Assembly (NCBI GenBank): GCA_049512935.1
Contig: JBEKWR010000008.1
Location: 1 to 64,000, forward strand
DNA: 64,000 nt
Direction: 5' to 3'
Source of the DNA: Candidatus Bathyarchaeia archaeon
GTDB taxonomy: Archaea > Thermoproteota > Bathyarchaeia > Bathyarchaeales > Bathycorpusculaceae
Positions 49,407 through 59,186 of the stretch are shown piece by piece. The stretch's first letter is position 1. Each line of letters opens with the position of its first letter. The position numbers and the translations under genes were made by a program. The notes under the pieces were generated by a model that ran no database searches, was not told the DNA's origin, and saw nothing but the letters and a program-made list of their open reading frames with translations.

Positions 49407-52400
49407 TTAAGCGGGGGTGACGACATCGTCTTTGAGTACGAGTTTTCTGTCCCTCACCAAGCGCTTGAAGATTTCTGAGAACACTTCTTTGACGTCAGAC
49501 GAGTGGTTCAGCCCGAACACCTTTGCCGTTTCAGCAATCAACGAGTCTTCGCTTATGCTTAACGAATACCTAGCCACCAGCACCATGGCAGCCTCTACTT
49601 CTTCAGGAGCAATCCACTCGGCTTTACGTCTGGTTTCAGGCATGCCCTGCACTGGTACACGTATCGGAGTTTCCTTAAGCGTTGGCGGCCAAAGAAAGCT
49701 GCCTTTAAGAACAACTTTCGGTTCCCTCAGCAAATCTCTGAGCGCTTCTTTCACGGCCTGCGTTATCTGCGGCGTCACCTGCTTAATCCCCCAAGCCTGT
49801 GCTAACCGTTCAACGGCGTAGTCAAAGTGCACTGGACCCTCATTTTGAACGAGTTCGCCAAGAAGTTTCGTTTGATTTTCCCTGTTTTCTGGATAGTAAA
49901 ACTCGTTTTTCTGTTTAGAATCAATTGTGCCGTTAGCTGCGGCGACCTTAATGTACGGGTTAAATGACGCCTTAAGCGGATAGGTCTTGTAGGGCACACC
50001 GATTTTTTCGATGCCCGCATACTCGATTTTCTGCACATCAGTCTGCGGAGCCATCCCCTCTTTAATTTCAATCACAGGTTTCTGCGTGTCCTTCTCAAGC
50101 TGCTGCTTACTGGCTTGCTCCAAAGCTTCTTTCAGCCGTCGAATTTCAGAGTCACGTCTTGCGACCCAAGCGGGAGACCAAACTCGGTGGATACGCCACC
50201 CTAACTGCCTCAGCACTTGTTCACGCAAACGGTCCCTGTCGCGCGCGCAGCTGCTTGCCTTGTAGTTGGCGCCGTCACATTCTACGCCGAGCAAGTAGTT
50301 TCCAGGGTTAACTGGGTCGACCACGCCTATGTCAATTCTGTAACCGCTGCAACCCACCTGTGGAACAACCTCGTAACCCATCTTCTTGATTTCCGCCGCT
50401 ACGTCCTCATCCAAAGCCGATTCGAATTCGCCTTCCCTTGCCTTAACCGACTCCAAAGCTTCAGGTCCGCGCTCGGCGTAGTCAAGATAGTACCTCAGGG
50501 TTTGCACGCCCAATGCTTTTGTTTCAGCATCAATATCGGTAGCCTTTATCGACGTGATGATAATCACTTTTTCCCGAGCCCTTGTGACGGCAACGTTTAG
50601 ACGCCGTTCCCCGCCAGGCTTGTTGAGTGGACCGAAGTTCATCGTCATCTGCTTCTGCTGGTCATAGCCGTAACCGACGCTGAAGAATATGACGTCCCGT
50701 TCGTCGCCTTGAACGTTCTCCAAGTTTTTGACGAAGAAACCTTCCAAACGGTCTTCCTTGAAGAACACGTCAAACTCGGGGTGCTTTTCCAGTCGACGGG
50801 TAATTGCGTTTTCAACGGTTTCCATCTGTGCAATGCTGAAGGTCACGACGCCGAGAGTTTTCTTGGGGTAAAGCGTGAAATGTTCGAAAACAAGGTCCGC
50901 CACCTTTTCTGCTTCCACGGGGTTGTTTCTTTTGCCTCCGCGGTCGTAGACGCCGTCTTGGACATAGACCAGTTTAACGCCTAAAGTGTCAGTCTCGGCT
51001 TTCGCAGTTGGAAAAGTTACGAGCGTGCCGTCGTAGAAGCGGCTATTTGAGAACGCTATTAACTCTTCATGCTTGCTTCGATAGTGCCACCGTAACGTCT
51101 TGACGGGTAACCCTATGCCGAGACACTCGTCAAGGATGCTGTCGAAAACTTCCACGTCCTCGTCGCTAAGCTCATCCCAATCCACATCGTCAATCAGGTT
51201 TTTCTGGAAAAACGAGGTGGGCGGCAACTGCTTGTTATCTCCTGCGACAACCAATGTTTTTCCGCGGTAAATTGCTCCGATAGCGTCTTCAGGAACAATC
51301 TGTGAAGCCTCATCGAACAGAACCAGGTCAAACTTTGCTTCAGGCGGCAAGAACTGGCTTACAGTTATCGGACTCATAAGCAGGCAGGGTTTCAGCTTCA
51401 CGAGCAGGTTAGGAATCTTTTGGAACAGGATACGAATCGGCATCAACTGCCTCTTCTTCGCTGCCTCTTTCTGAAGGATTACCGCTTCAGTGTCGGCTGC
51501 TTGAATCAGAATGTCCCGGGGTTTGCGGCTGTTTGCCTGTTCAATAACCATGCTGGACGTTAGCTTGATGAGGTCTTGATCCAGCTTCTTGAAATCCGCA
51601 ATCAATTGTTCATGGTTCTCTCTTCTGAACCTGCCCAGCTTGGGGTCTTCGTTGTAGAGGTTGTTTATCCATTCTTGGTAGACGCCTCTGCGGAAAACAT
51701 CAACTAAGTCTGCCGCTGGAATCTTTTGCTCAGCCAAGCGGTTGAAGAACCCGTCTAAGCCGCGCAGGGCAAAGCGGTTTTTGAGGTCTTTGAAGTCAAC
51801 CCAAACCTGAATGTCGTCAACACGGCTTCGCAGAGAGAGGATTCGCTCGCTGATGACTTTTATCTCTAAATCGTTCAGAGGCTGGTTCTGATACTTCATG
51901 GGCGCCTCAAAGCGCGCTTCAAACTCTTTCAGGACTTTCAAAGAAGCCTCGTATTTCTCGGTTAATTCAAGGCTGGAGGGCGCGGCGCTTGCACCTTGAG
52001 CCGCGATTTGCGCGAATGCTTGCGGGACAGGGACGTCAAGGAATGCAGCCTGAACCTTCTCGACCCAGTCGAGCACAGCTACGATGTCTTGCCAGTCTGT
52101 TTCAAGCTCTTTAAATCGTGCGCCGAATTTCTTTTGAAGCTGAGCTTTTTCGCCGACGATGGCGGCTTCCTTCTTTCGGATTTCTTCGGCGTTTCTGAGG
52201 TCTTCCAGAAGCTGCTTGTAGCTTTCTGGTTCCTGTTTGCTGACTGCAAGAGTTTCCCTTGTTGCCGCGTTCAGCGGGGTCAGTTGCCTTTCTGCTTCGT
52301 TTAACCATTCCTCGACTAGCGGGAGGGGCGTCCAAGTGATTGCGGCGCTTGACTTGGGCATGCTTGCAGGTATAAGCGACTCCAAGTCTTTGAGCTGCTG

Positions 52401-55076
52401 CTCCCATCTGACAACGGATTCCTGAATTTCCATACCCAAATTCTTAATCATGGGCGACGGGCTGGAGCTGTTCGTTACAAGTTTAAGCAGGTTTTCCGGG
52501 ATGGTTGTTGCCCAAGAGAGCTTGCGAATTTCGGCGGCAACCGCCAAGGCTTTTTCGGCGCCGTTGAAGTCTGTCTTGGATTTGTGGTAGTAATGCCCAA
52601 GCAGCGTTCGAACGGTTTCAGTTGACTCCTCAATCTCCGCCTCCAACTTCTTGACTTTCCGAGCATCAACAAGATCGGCCAACACGGTTTTCGGAACTTT
52701 GCCGTCGATGGTGACCCCCGCGATTTGCCTTTGGTCGTTGCGGTAGCCTGAGTTGAAAATCTTCAGCGAGCTTTGGCTGTACCCGTTGTATCTTGCTATC
52801 AGCCCGTCGAGGTCAAGCTTGTAAAGCCCCTCGGTGTAGGTCACGTCCAAGCGGCTTTTCAGAAGGCTGTGGTCTTGATAGAGCCGTTTAGCCTTCGCCA
52901 TTATATCCTCAACTTGCTCGAAGTACTTGCTGTCAAACCACTGCGCCTCAGGTTTGTCCTCGACGAAGCAGAGCAACGCCATGCGAGACAATTCTTTCAC
53001 TTGCGTAATCGTCAAGCCTTCGCCGTCCAACCCCAACATCGGAGCGAGCGCCTGCGAAGTTTCACGCCATTTCCGCGCAGCCACTTGGGTGTTCTTTATG
53101 AAAGCCAGAAGCTTTTCGCGTTTGCCAAAGAATTCACTCTCTTCCAACCCGACCGCTGGTAGCATCCTGTTTAGCGCCTCAAGTTGACGTTTGATTTCGG
53201 TGGACTCGTTCAGAGGCAAGTTGAACAGGGAGGGAGTGTAGCGTTCCATGAGGCTGGCGCGGGTGTTCTTTATCCAGATGCTTGCTTCAGCGTAGTTTTT
53301 GGCTTCAACGTAGAGTTTTTCGACGTCTGGGTTAGTCAGCCAGTACGATTCTGGCTTGGGACTTTCGGTTAGGAATTTGCTTACTTTCAGAAGCCAGTTG
53401 ATGCGTGTGAATGTTTCTGGCGGAAAAACGCCCAGCTTAGCCGAGTAATCTTCCGCCTTAAGCTGAAGGTCGCTGAGGGTTCCATTGATGCCTTCAAGCG
53501 TAGTCAGCACTTCAGAGCGGATTTCAAGGTTGTAGGCGTCAGCGCGGTAACCCAGCCATGGAAAATCGGGTTCTTCCACTACCTGCCAAACCTTGCTTAG
53601 TTGGGAAACAAGCGCTTCCAACTCATGCATCTTCTGGGGCGTCAAAGTGCTCAACTCGGTTAAGCCGACGGGCACGAAGGGAACCCGGTCAAGGCTGGAG
53701 ATTAAACTTAAAATCTCATAGGCGCTCCTCTGCAGGTACAGTCGCTTCTCATGTAAGGCGGCAACGTAACCGTTCAACTCTTCTCGGTACTCAGTCATTT
53801 TTTCAAATTCATGAGCGGACGGCAACTTGCGTGGGACAAGGTTCTCGTCAAGACTACGTTTAAGCTCCGCGACAACCTGCTGCTTGTTAGCTTTGCTGCT
53901 GTGAAGTTCAAGACAAAAATGCGCCAAACCAACTTCGCTAAGCCGTTTGTAAACAACGTCGAGGGCTGCCATCTTGTCGCTGACGAAGAGCACAGATTTT
54001 CCGTTAGCGATGCATTCAGCGATTATGTTCGCGATGGTCTGGCTTTTACCTGTTCCTGGCGGACCCTTCATAACGAAGCTTTGTCCACGCAAGGCGTATT
54101 CAATCGAAACCCTCTGGCTACTGTCGGCGTCAAGAACCTGATAGGTTTTGTCCGGCGGCTCGATTTTGTCAACGTCTTTCTCGTCGGGCAACCCGTCTAA
54201 AATGAGTTTGTCTTCTTTGATGCCTGCGATTGCTCGAATTATGGGGTGCTGCGTAACTAAAGGAGCGTTCGACTCTAAGTCTTTGTAAATGACCAGTTTT
54301 TGAAATGAGAAAAGCCCCAGGTCAACCGACGGCTCAACTTTCCAGCCTAACTCAGCGACAGATTGATTAACCTTGTCGAAGTAGTCTTGCAGGTTCAGGT
54401 TTTCCCACTCTTCAGGCAACAGCGGCAAATCAATTTTGTAATCGTTTTTCAGTTTAACCTGCAAAGCAGGGTTCAAAACCTCTTCCTCTTCGACAGGCGG
54501 CAGGCCGATACTGTAGGGTTGACGTATAGTATCCCGTGTTAACTCCAGAGGCACAAGAATCAAAGGCGACTGGACCTGCTCTTTTGTTTCTAAATCAACC
54601 CAGTTAAGGGTCCCGAAAGCCGCATGCAAAATGCGAACGCCGCGTTCACGATAATCCAGAAGCGAGCGCCACTGCAGGCTTTTGAGGCTTCTTTCAAGCT
54701 CCTCTCGGGACATTTTACCGCAGACCAACTGGTTTGCTTTGGGACGCTGCGGTTCCTCTGGCATGGCTAAGCTGTCTTTAACGGAGGCTTGGACGTTGCC
54801 TTTCGCGGTTTTGGCTGTTTTAGCCTTACCCTTACCTTTCGGCTTTTCTTGCGTTTCAGGCTTTTCCGCTTCTTCGGGAGGCAACCAGAAGTCCAATCTT
54901 TTCTTTTTCAAAACCAACGAGTTAAAAACCGTCTGCATGTCAGGTTGTGAGATCGATAAGCTTCCCCGCTTGTTTTTGTGGAAATAGAGAAGGTTGTTTC
55001 TTCTTGAAAGGTCAATTAATCTTTGCTTCCAATCTTCCACTCTCTTCATAGGCTGGGAAGGAACAGTCTGCGTCAT
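49407..55076 (-). CDS. DUF4011 + SF1 (UPF1-like) helicase + Vsr-like nuclease + DUF3320 protein (Hhe-like)
   Basis: W.QRLIDLSRRNNLL, DADSSQ, GPPGTGKSQTI, CLLMSP, FDEASQ, GD.KQLPP, WHYRS, VQGDERD, RRLNVAVTRAR, YRIDIG...ECDG..Y....RDRDR, WRIHRVWS. Confidence 0.9.
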   Translation of the reverse strand: MTQTVPSQPMKRVEDWKQRLIDLSRRNNLLYFHKNKRGSLSISQPDMQTVFNSLVLKKKRLDFWLPPEEAEKPETQEKPKGKGKAKTAKTAKGNVQASVKDSLAMPEEPQRPKANQLVCGKMSREELERSLKSLQWRSLLDYRERGVRILHAAFGTLNWVDLETKEQVQSPLILVPLELTRDTIRQPYSIGLPPVEEEEVLNPALQVKLKNDYKIDLPLLPEEWENLNLQDYFDKVNQSVAELGWKVEPSVDLGLFSFQKLVIYKDLESNAPLVTQHPIIRAIAGIKEDKLILDGLPDEKDVDKIEPPDKTYQVLDADSSQRVSIEYALRGQSFVMKGPPGTGKSQTIANIIAECIANGKSVLFVSDKMAALDVVYKRLSEVGLAHFCLELHSSKANKQQVVAELKRSLDENLVPRKLPSAHEFEKMTEYREELNGYVAALHEKRLYLQRSAYEILSLISSLDRVPFVPVGLTELSTLTPQKMHELEALVSQLSKVWQVVEEPDFPWLGYRADAYNLEIRSEVLTTLEGINGTLSDLQLKAEDYSAKLGVFPPETFTRINWLLKVSKFLTESPKPESYWLTNPDVEKLYVEAKNYAEASIWIKNTRASLMERYTPSLFNLPLNESTEIKRQLEALNRMLPAVGLEESEFFGKREKLLAFIKNTQVAARKWRETSQALAPMLGLDGEGLTITQVKELSRMALLCFVEDKPEAQWFDSKYFEQVEDIMAKAKRLYQDHSLLKSRLDVTYTEGLYKLDLDGLIARYNGYSQSSLKIFNSGYRNDQRQIAGVTIDGKVPKTVLADLVDARKVKKLEAEIEESTETVRTLLGHYYHKSKTDFNGAEKALAVAAEIRKLSWATTIPENLLKLVTNSSSPSPMIKNLGMEIQESVVRWEQQLKDLESLIPASMPKSSAAITWTPLPLVEEWLNEAERQLTPLNAATRETLAVSKQEPESYKQLLEDLRNAEEIRKKEAAIVGEKAQLQKKFGARFKELETDWQDIVAVLDWVEKVQAAFLDVPVPQAFAQIAAQGASAAPSSLELTEKYEASLKVLKEFEARFEAPMKYQNQPLNDLEIKVISERILSLRSRVDDIQVWVDFKDLKNRFALRGLDGFFNRLAEQKIPAADLVDVFRRGVYQEWINNLYNEDPKLGRFRRENHEQLIADFKKLDQDLIKLTSSMVIEQANSRKPRDILIQAADTEAVILQKEAAKKRQLMPIRILFQKIPNLLVKLKPCLLMSPITVSQFLPPEAKFDLVLFDEASQIVPEDAIGAIYRGKTLVVAGDNKQLPPTSFFQKNLIDDVDWDELSDEDVEVFDSILDECLGIGLPVKTLRWHYRSKHEELIAFSNSRFYDGTLVTFPTAKAETDTLGVKLVYVQDGVYDRGGKRNNPVEAEKVADLVFEHFTLYPKKTLGVVTFSIAQMETVENAITRRLEKHPEFDVFFKEDRLEGFFVKNLENVQGDERDVIFFSVGYGYDQQKQMTMNFGPLNKPGGERRLNVAVTRAREKVIIITSIKATDIDAETKALGVQTLRYYLDYAERGPEALESVKAREGEFESALDEDVAAEIKKMGYEVVPQVGCSGYRIDIGVVDPVNPGNYLLGVECDGANYKASSCARDRDRLREQVLRQLGWRIHRVWSPAWVARRDSEIRRLKEALEQASKQQLEKDTQKPVIEIKEGMAPQTDVQKIEYAGIEKIGVPYKTYPLKASFNPYIKVAAANGTIDSKQKNEFYYPENRENQTKLLGELVQNEGPVHFDYAVERLAQAWGIKQVTPQITQAVKEALRDLLREPKVVLKGSFLWPPTLKETPIRVPVQGMPETRRKAEWIAPEEVEAAMVLVARYSLSISEDSLIAETAKVFGLNHSSDVKEVFSEIFKRLVRDRKLVLKDDVVTPA

Positions 55077-55164
55077 AACCACATCCACACCCTTAGGTTG
55101 CATATTATGCGGATGCTTCTTTAATATTTGCGGTATCCTCATGAAGCTCCAAGCAATCAATCAC

Positions 55165-55384
55165 TCAACTTTCATGCGCCAAAAGAGCCGCTTGGGCACC
55201 TGTTGCATGTTGGATTGCGCTACCCACAATAACAAGGTCATATTCAGCGATGTCTTTGACCTTTTCCTCTTTAGCGTTAACTACTCGAACGTCCATTCCA
55301 ACTTGCCGCAGGCTCTGCAATTTCTTCTGATGTGCTGGCTGCTGCTCCATAACGAGTCCCAAAGACAATGAGTGCTTTACTCAT
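55165..55384 (-). pseudogene. Frameshifted, truncated flavodoxin-domain (HemG/Flavodoxin_5-like) gene
   Basis: MSKALIVFGTRYGAAASTSEEIAE in one frame, continuing as LRQVGMDVRVVNAK...EYDLVIVGSAIQ in another; stops at about 70 codons. Confidence 0.8.
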
Positions 55385-56190
55385 GTGTTAGCACTTCCTT
55401 TCACTTGTGGTTTCCACCCTAGCTTGTACAGTTTTAGTCCGATTAGTAGATGCCAAATCGTCACGAATAAACCTGCAGAAGCCATGCAGATCAAGCCCAA
55501 GAGATAGATGTCTGTCTGCGGCACAAAAACTGACCCAACGAGATAGGTTAAATCGAAGGCGCTTGCTACAATTCCGATGTAAGCGGTTGCTTTGCTGAAA
55601 ATGCTGCTCTGCAACATAACGGTGGACATAATCAGTCCAGCAACAGCTACTAGAAGCAGGCTCAGGTAAAAGCCTGCGCTCTGATAGAGTGGTTGGAGTG
55701 TAGAACCGTTGGCAAGCACTGCCTGCCCCGCTGCTAGCAGTGTTGATCTCTGCGAGGCTGTTGTGGCGCTATAGTATTGGTTGCTGAGGGAAAGCATCGG
55801 CAAAGCGGAGTTTGAAACAATATAAACCCCGATTCCAAGGAAGCTAAAAGTTGCAGCAATTAAAGTGTAGCTTTTGTTGGTTTGTCTGAGCACGACGTAG
55901 ACGGCGAGAAACATTAAGCCAACCAGAGCATAGTTTGCAATGTCAAAAACATTGAGCAATGTTAACCCCAAGAGAGTGTTGTTGTGAAGCAACGTGAACC
56001 AGCCGGCTACACTGCTTGGCGCCGCCAACCCGGTGAACATTGGAATTTCTGCTTCTCCAAGGTTTCTTCTGAAGACCAACGCGGCAATTAAGGCGGCAGC
56101 AGCGCCTATTCTGTAAAGGCTACTCCATGACGCGTCAGCAGTTTGAGCGCTTTTCTCCTTGCCGCCAGAAATCATCAGTATTTTAATCAT
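55381..56190 (-). CDS. Multi-TM membrane protein (DUF4386-like)
   Basis: WSSLYRIGAAAA, ML.LS.QY..A....R..LLAAG, 6-7 TMs. Confidence 0.7.
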   Translation of the reverse strand: MIKILMISGGKEKSAQTADASWSSLYRIGAAAALIAALVFRRNLGEAEIPMFTGLAAPSSVAGWFTLLHNNTLLGLTLLNVFDIANYALVGLMFLAVYVVLRQTNKSYTLIAATFSFLGIGVYIVSNSALPMLSLSNQYYSATTASQRSTLLAAGQAVLANGSTLQPLYQSAGFYLSLLLVAVAGLIMSTVMLQSSIFSKATAYIGIVASAFDLTYLVGSVFVPQTDIYLLGLICMASAGLFVTIWHLLIGLKLYKLGWKPQVKGSANT

Positions 56191-56376
56191 GATCTATCGC
56201 CTTGGCTGTGCTTTGTTCTGTTAATTTTTGGATTTCATCTTCTTTGAGATCAATTCGGAGAACCCCATTTTTACCCTTGACTTCTAAGATTATGTCAATT
56301 GAGAAGTCGCGCAACTGTGATTAGTTTTATTTGATGGGGATGCTAAGAAGTAAGCAGTGAACTCAAAAGTTTAGTA

Positions 56377-57135
56377 ATGGCGATAAACATGTCTGATGAT
56401 GCAGGATTAGGAAAGCTGTTTTTTGAGCTTGCGAGCGAAAGCAGGCTCAGCACATTGCACAAGCTTCAAACGGAAAATTTGAAGATGCAGGAAATAGCTC
56501 GACGACTTGACGTGACTCCAACGGAAGCCTTCAGACAACTGGAACGGCTGAGTACTGCCTCGTTGGTTCAGAGGCAGCCTGATAGCACATTCGCTCTTAC
56601 TGAATATGGTAAAATAGTGCTTCAGATTTCATCATCATTAGCTTTTATCTCCAAGCATAAAGAGTACTTCTCGACGCATGATTCAATGAGGTTTCCTAAA
56701 CAATTCGTGAACAGGTTAGGCGAGCTTTCACAAGCGGAGTTGGAAATGGGCACAATTAAAATCTTGAACAAGGGTGCGCAAGCTTTCACCGAGGCAAAGC
56801 AGTACATTTGGGCTATAGGCGAAGATACCATTCCAGAACACATGATTCCAGTAATGAACCAACGCGTTCAGCAGGGAATACAACTTAAGCTGCTCATTTC
56901 CGAAGAACGCCTTCCAGCTGTTGCAAGCATGTCTGAAACGCCGAAAAACGTTGAAATCAGAGGACTACCTGAGCTCCCTGCAATAATCGCCATTACCGAG
57001 AAAGTGGCTGGCATATGCTTTCGTCAACTTGGGGGAAGAATGGATTATGCTGGCTTTTTCGGCAGTGACGCGGCATTCCATAACTGGGTTAAAGACCTAT
57101 TCCTGTATTATTGGGAAAAAGCAAAACAAACGTAG
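56377..57135 (+). CDS. Archaeal HTH regulator with C-terminal DUF1724-like domain
   Basis: LFFELASESRL..L, LT.YG, F...H....P..F..RLGEL, F..W..DLF.YYW. Confidence 0.8.
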   Translation: MAINMSDDAGLGKLFFELASESRLSTLHKLQTENLKMQEIARRLDVTPTEAFRQLERLSTASLVQRQPDSTFALTEYGKIVLQISSSLAFISKHKEYFSTHDSMRFPKQFVNRLGELSQAELEMGTIKILNKGAQAFTEAKQYIWAIGEDTIPEHMIPVMNQRVQQGIQLKLLISEERLPAVASMSETPKNVEIRGLPELPAIIAITEKVAGICFRQLGGRMDYAGFFGSDAAFHNWVKDLFLYYWEKAKQT

Positions 57136-57137
57136 CG

Positions 57138-57764
57138 CTAAGTTGCTTTTTTAATTGCATCAAGAACGACTTGCCTCACGTTTTCAAGCCCTATTTCCCT
57201 TGTTTCAAGAATCGTAAGACCCATGCCTGACTTTTCAAGTTCTTCGCGGCATTCTTTGGCGTTGCCGCAGGTGTCTAAGAGCACGATGCCTTTGATGCCT
57301 TTGAACATACCTGCGAAAGCTGTCTCATCCATGCCTTCCTTCATCAGCCTTTCTTTCATGTGCTTGAAGAACTCAATCATTCCTGGACCCATAAACATCA
57401 GGTTATGCTCGGGGTCAGCGTCGAAGAACGCTCCGCCGCCGCCAAGTTGGCAGTCGATGCAGTTTGCCGCGTCAACCTTGACGATGCCGTATTCGTCGGC
57501 TAGTTTTTTCATTTCGCCGTTTTGTCCGAGGCAGAGGTCGCCGTAAACCAGCACAACTTTGCCCTTGAAACGCTTAAGGGTCGTATCGAGGACTTTGCGG
57601 AGGTTTTTCTCTACCGCTTCGTAATCAACATGGAAGTACTTGCTGACGAAAACCAGCTCAGCATCCAGCCGCCCCTCCTTGACTAGTTGCTGAAGCTCGT
57701 CTTTTAGGACACTGCAGGAAACAACGCAAACCTTGCCCTTTTTCTCCACGATAGCTCCTCTCAA
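57138..57764 (-). CDS. DUF1638-like protein
   Basis: VVSCSVLKDEL, FH, LVYGDLC, NCIDC.LGG, LLDT. Confidence 0.7.
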   Translation of the reverse strand: MRGAIVEKKGKVCVVSCSVLKDELQQLVKEGRLDAELVFVSKYFHVDYEAVEKNLRKVLDTTLKRFKGKVVLVYGDLCLGQNGEMKKLADEYGIVKVDAANCIDCQLGGGGAFFDADPEHNLMFMGPGMIEFFKHMKERLMKEGMDETAFAGMFKGIKGIVLLDTCGNAKECREELEKSGMGLTILETREIGLENVRQVVLDAIKKAT

Positions 57765-57851
57765 TACGCATGGCGACGGCTTCCAAAAAACCTTTCTTGG
57801 ATTCGGGCCACGGCGAAAAAACCTGCAGTCAAGTTAGATGAGTAATTGCTG

Positions 57852-57908
57852 GGTCAAGAAACCTTGACTTAAGTTAGTCAAGAAATTTTGATGAAAAACC
57901 TCTTTAAA
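57852..57908 (+). promoter_or_regulatory. Tandem GTCAAG-N4-CTTGACT operator plus TATA (site 4)
   Basis: GGTCAAGAAACCTTGACT at 57852, AGTCAAGAAA at 57876, TTTAAA at 57903. Confidence 0.8.
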
Positions 57909-57939
57909 TCGATTGATGCAATGACAACTGGACAATAGC

Positions 57940-58833
57940 ATGAAGAAAACATTAGCTTTCGCGATCGCTCTGTGTCTTTTGGCAGGATTAATAGTTCCAG
58001 CCTTGCGTACTGTTTCCGCACAAGAAATACAACAGGGACCGCCCACTTCCGATGAGTGGTCTCCATTCTTTACATTCACCCTATCAAATGGCGTAACTAT
58101 TTACTGGTACAATAATCCGCCATTCAACCTGCAAGCAAATCAACCATTCAAGCTAAACTTAACTGCAATCGCCAACACTTCTCCAGAGGGAAGAGCCGTA
58201 GGCGTTCTACAAGTTTCATACACGGCAAGTTGGATACCAACTTCTTCAACTTCTCCAATAACCATTTACCGTTGGAGTGGAAACCCAGCTGAACTCAGCC
58301 AATGGTTTGGAAATGGACCGCCAGGTTCTGTGACAAAAAGCTTGGTTTGGACGGACATCCCAGCAGGACATCAATACATTAACTTTACAGTCACGAAAGT
58401 TGCGTTGTATTGGGGCGGAGTGTTCGGTTATGCTACTTTGGCAAGCAGTGAAGCGTTGAATTTCACTGTTGGGGCTCCCCCAACGATATCGATGGAATCT
58501 CCCAATAATCAAACGTTCTACTGGAGAAGTGTTCCGCTGCATTTTGGAGTTGACGGCGCTTACGCTATCCTGAATTACAGCCTCGACAACCACGCCAACG
58601 CAACAATTACTGGAAACACAACTCTGACAAACCTGTCGGATGGACGCCACAGCATTGTTGTTTATGCCAGTGACACCGTGGGAAACACGGTGGCTTCGAA
58701 AACCTTTTACTTCACAATTGTAGACCCCTTGTACCCGGTTTCGGTTGCAGTAATCGTAGTTTTAATTGTGGCAGTCATCGCAATTGCCATTTATAGGAAA
58801 AGAAAGTCGAAGACAAAAACAATACTTCATTAA
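57940..58833 (+). CDS. Secreted Ig-like surface protein with C-terminal TM anchor
   Basis: Signal peptide, PTIS.ESP.NQT, YSLD....TITGNTTLTNLSDG.H...VYA.DTVGN, TM followed by RKRK. Confidence 0.85.
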   Translation: MKKTLAFAIALCLLAGLIVPALRTVSAQEIQQGPPTSDEWSPFFTFTLSNGVTIYWYNNPPFNLQANQPFKLNLTAIANTSPEGRAVGVLQVSYTASWIPTSSTSPITIYRWSGNPAELSQWFGNGPPGSVTKSLVWTDIPAGHQYINFTVTKVALYWGGVFGYATLASSEALNFTVGAPPTISMESPNNQTFYWRSVPLHFGVDGAYAILNYSLDNHANATITGNTTLTNLSDGRHSIVVYASDTVGNTVASKTFYFTIVDPLYPVSVAVIVVLIVAVIAIAIYRKRKSKTKTILH

Positions 58834-59008
58834 GCTTAATTTAAGCCATGAGCCGAAAAATCAACCCAAAGTTGCGTCGAACGAGAGCCATCTTCCTTGG
58901 TACTTTATGTCTGAAGTGCTGGAGTCGCATAAACTTTTGGAATATTCCAAAACTGTAGAGTAAAAACCATACCTTCCCAGCTTTCCCCAGCCCCACACAG
59001 CAAAAGAA

Positions 59009-59117
59009 TCAAGCCCCAAACCAAAAAAGCAACCCAAAACAAACCCTGACGAAAACCCGTCTACCGAGGGAGGGGGTCTAGTATTTACATCAAAATTCCA
59101 TCACAAATATGGAGTCA
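59009..59117 (+). repeat. Dispersed repeat family B, copy 2
   Basis: TCAAGCCCCAAACCAAAAAAGCAAC...CCCTGAC...CTACCGA..GGGGGTCTAGTATTTACATCAAAATTCCAT..AAATATGG, matching the reverse complement of 5270-5376. Confidence 0.85.
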
Positions 59118-59186
59118 AAAAGAAAACAACAAGGTTACATCATGCACAGGAAAAACGAACAAAAAGAAAAACTGAAGAAGCCGATT

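Noticed and set aside
56276-56299. CTTGACT-N10-TGTCAAT as a fifth operator site
   Set aside because: Spacing does not fit N6/N16 and the GTCAAG-N4-CTTGAC palindrome is absent.
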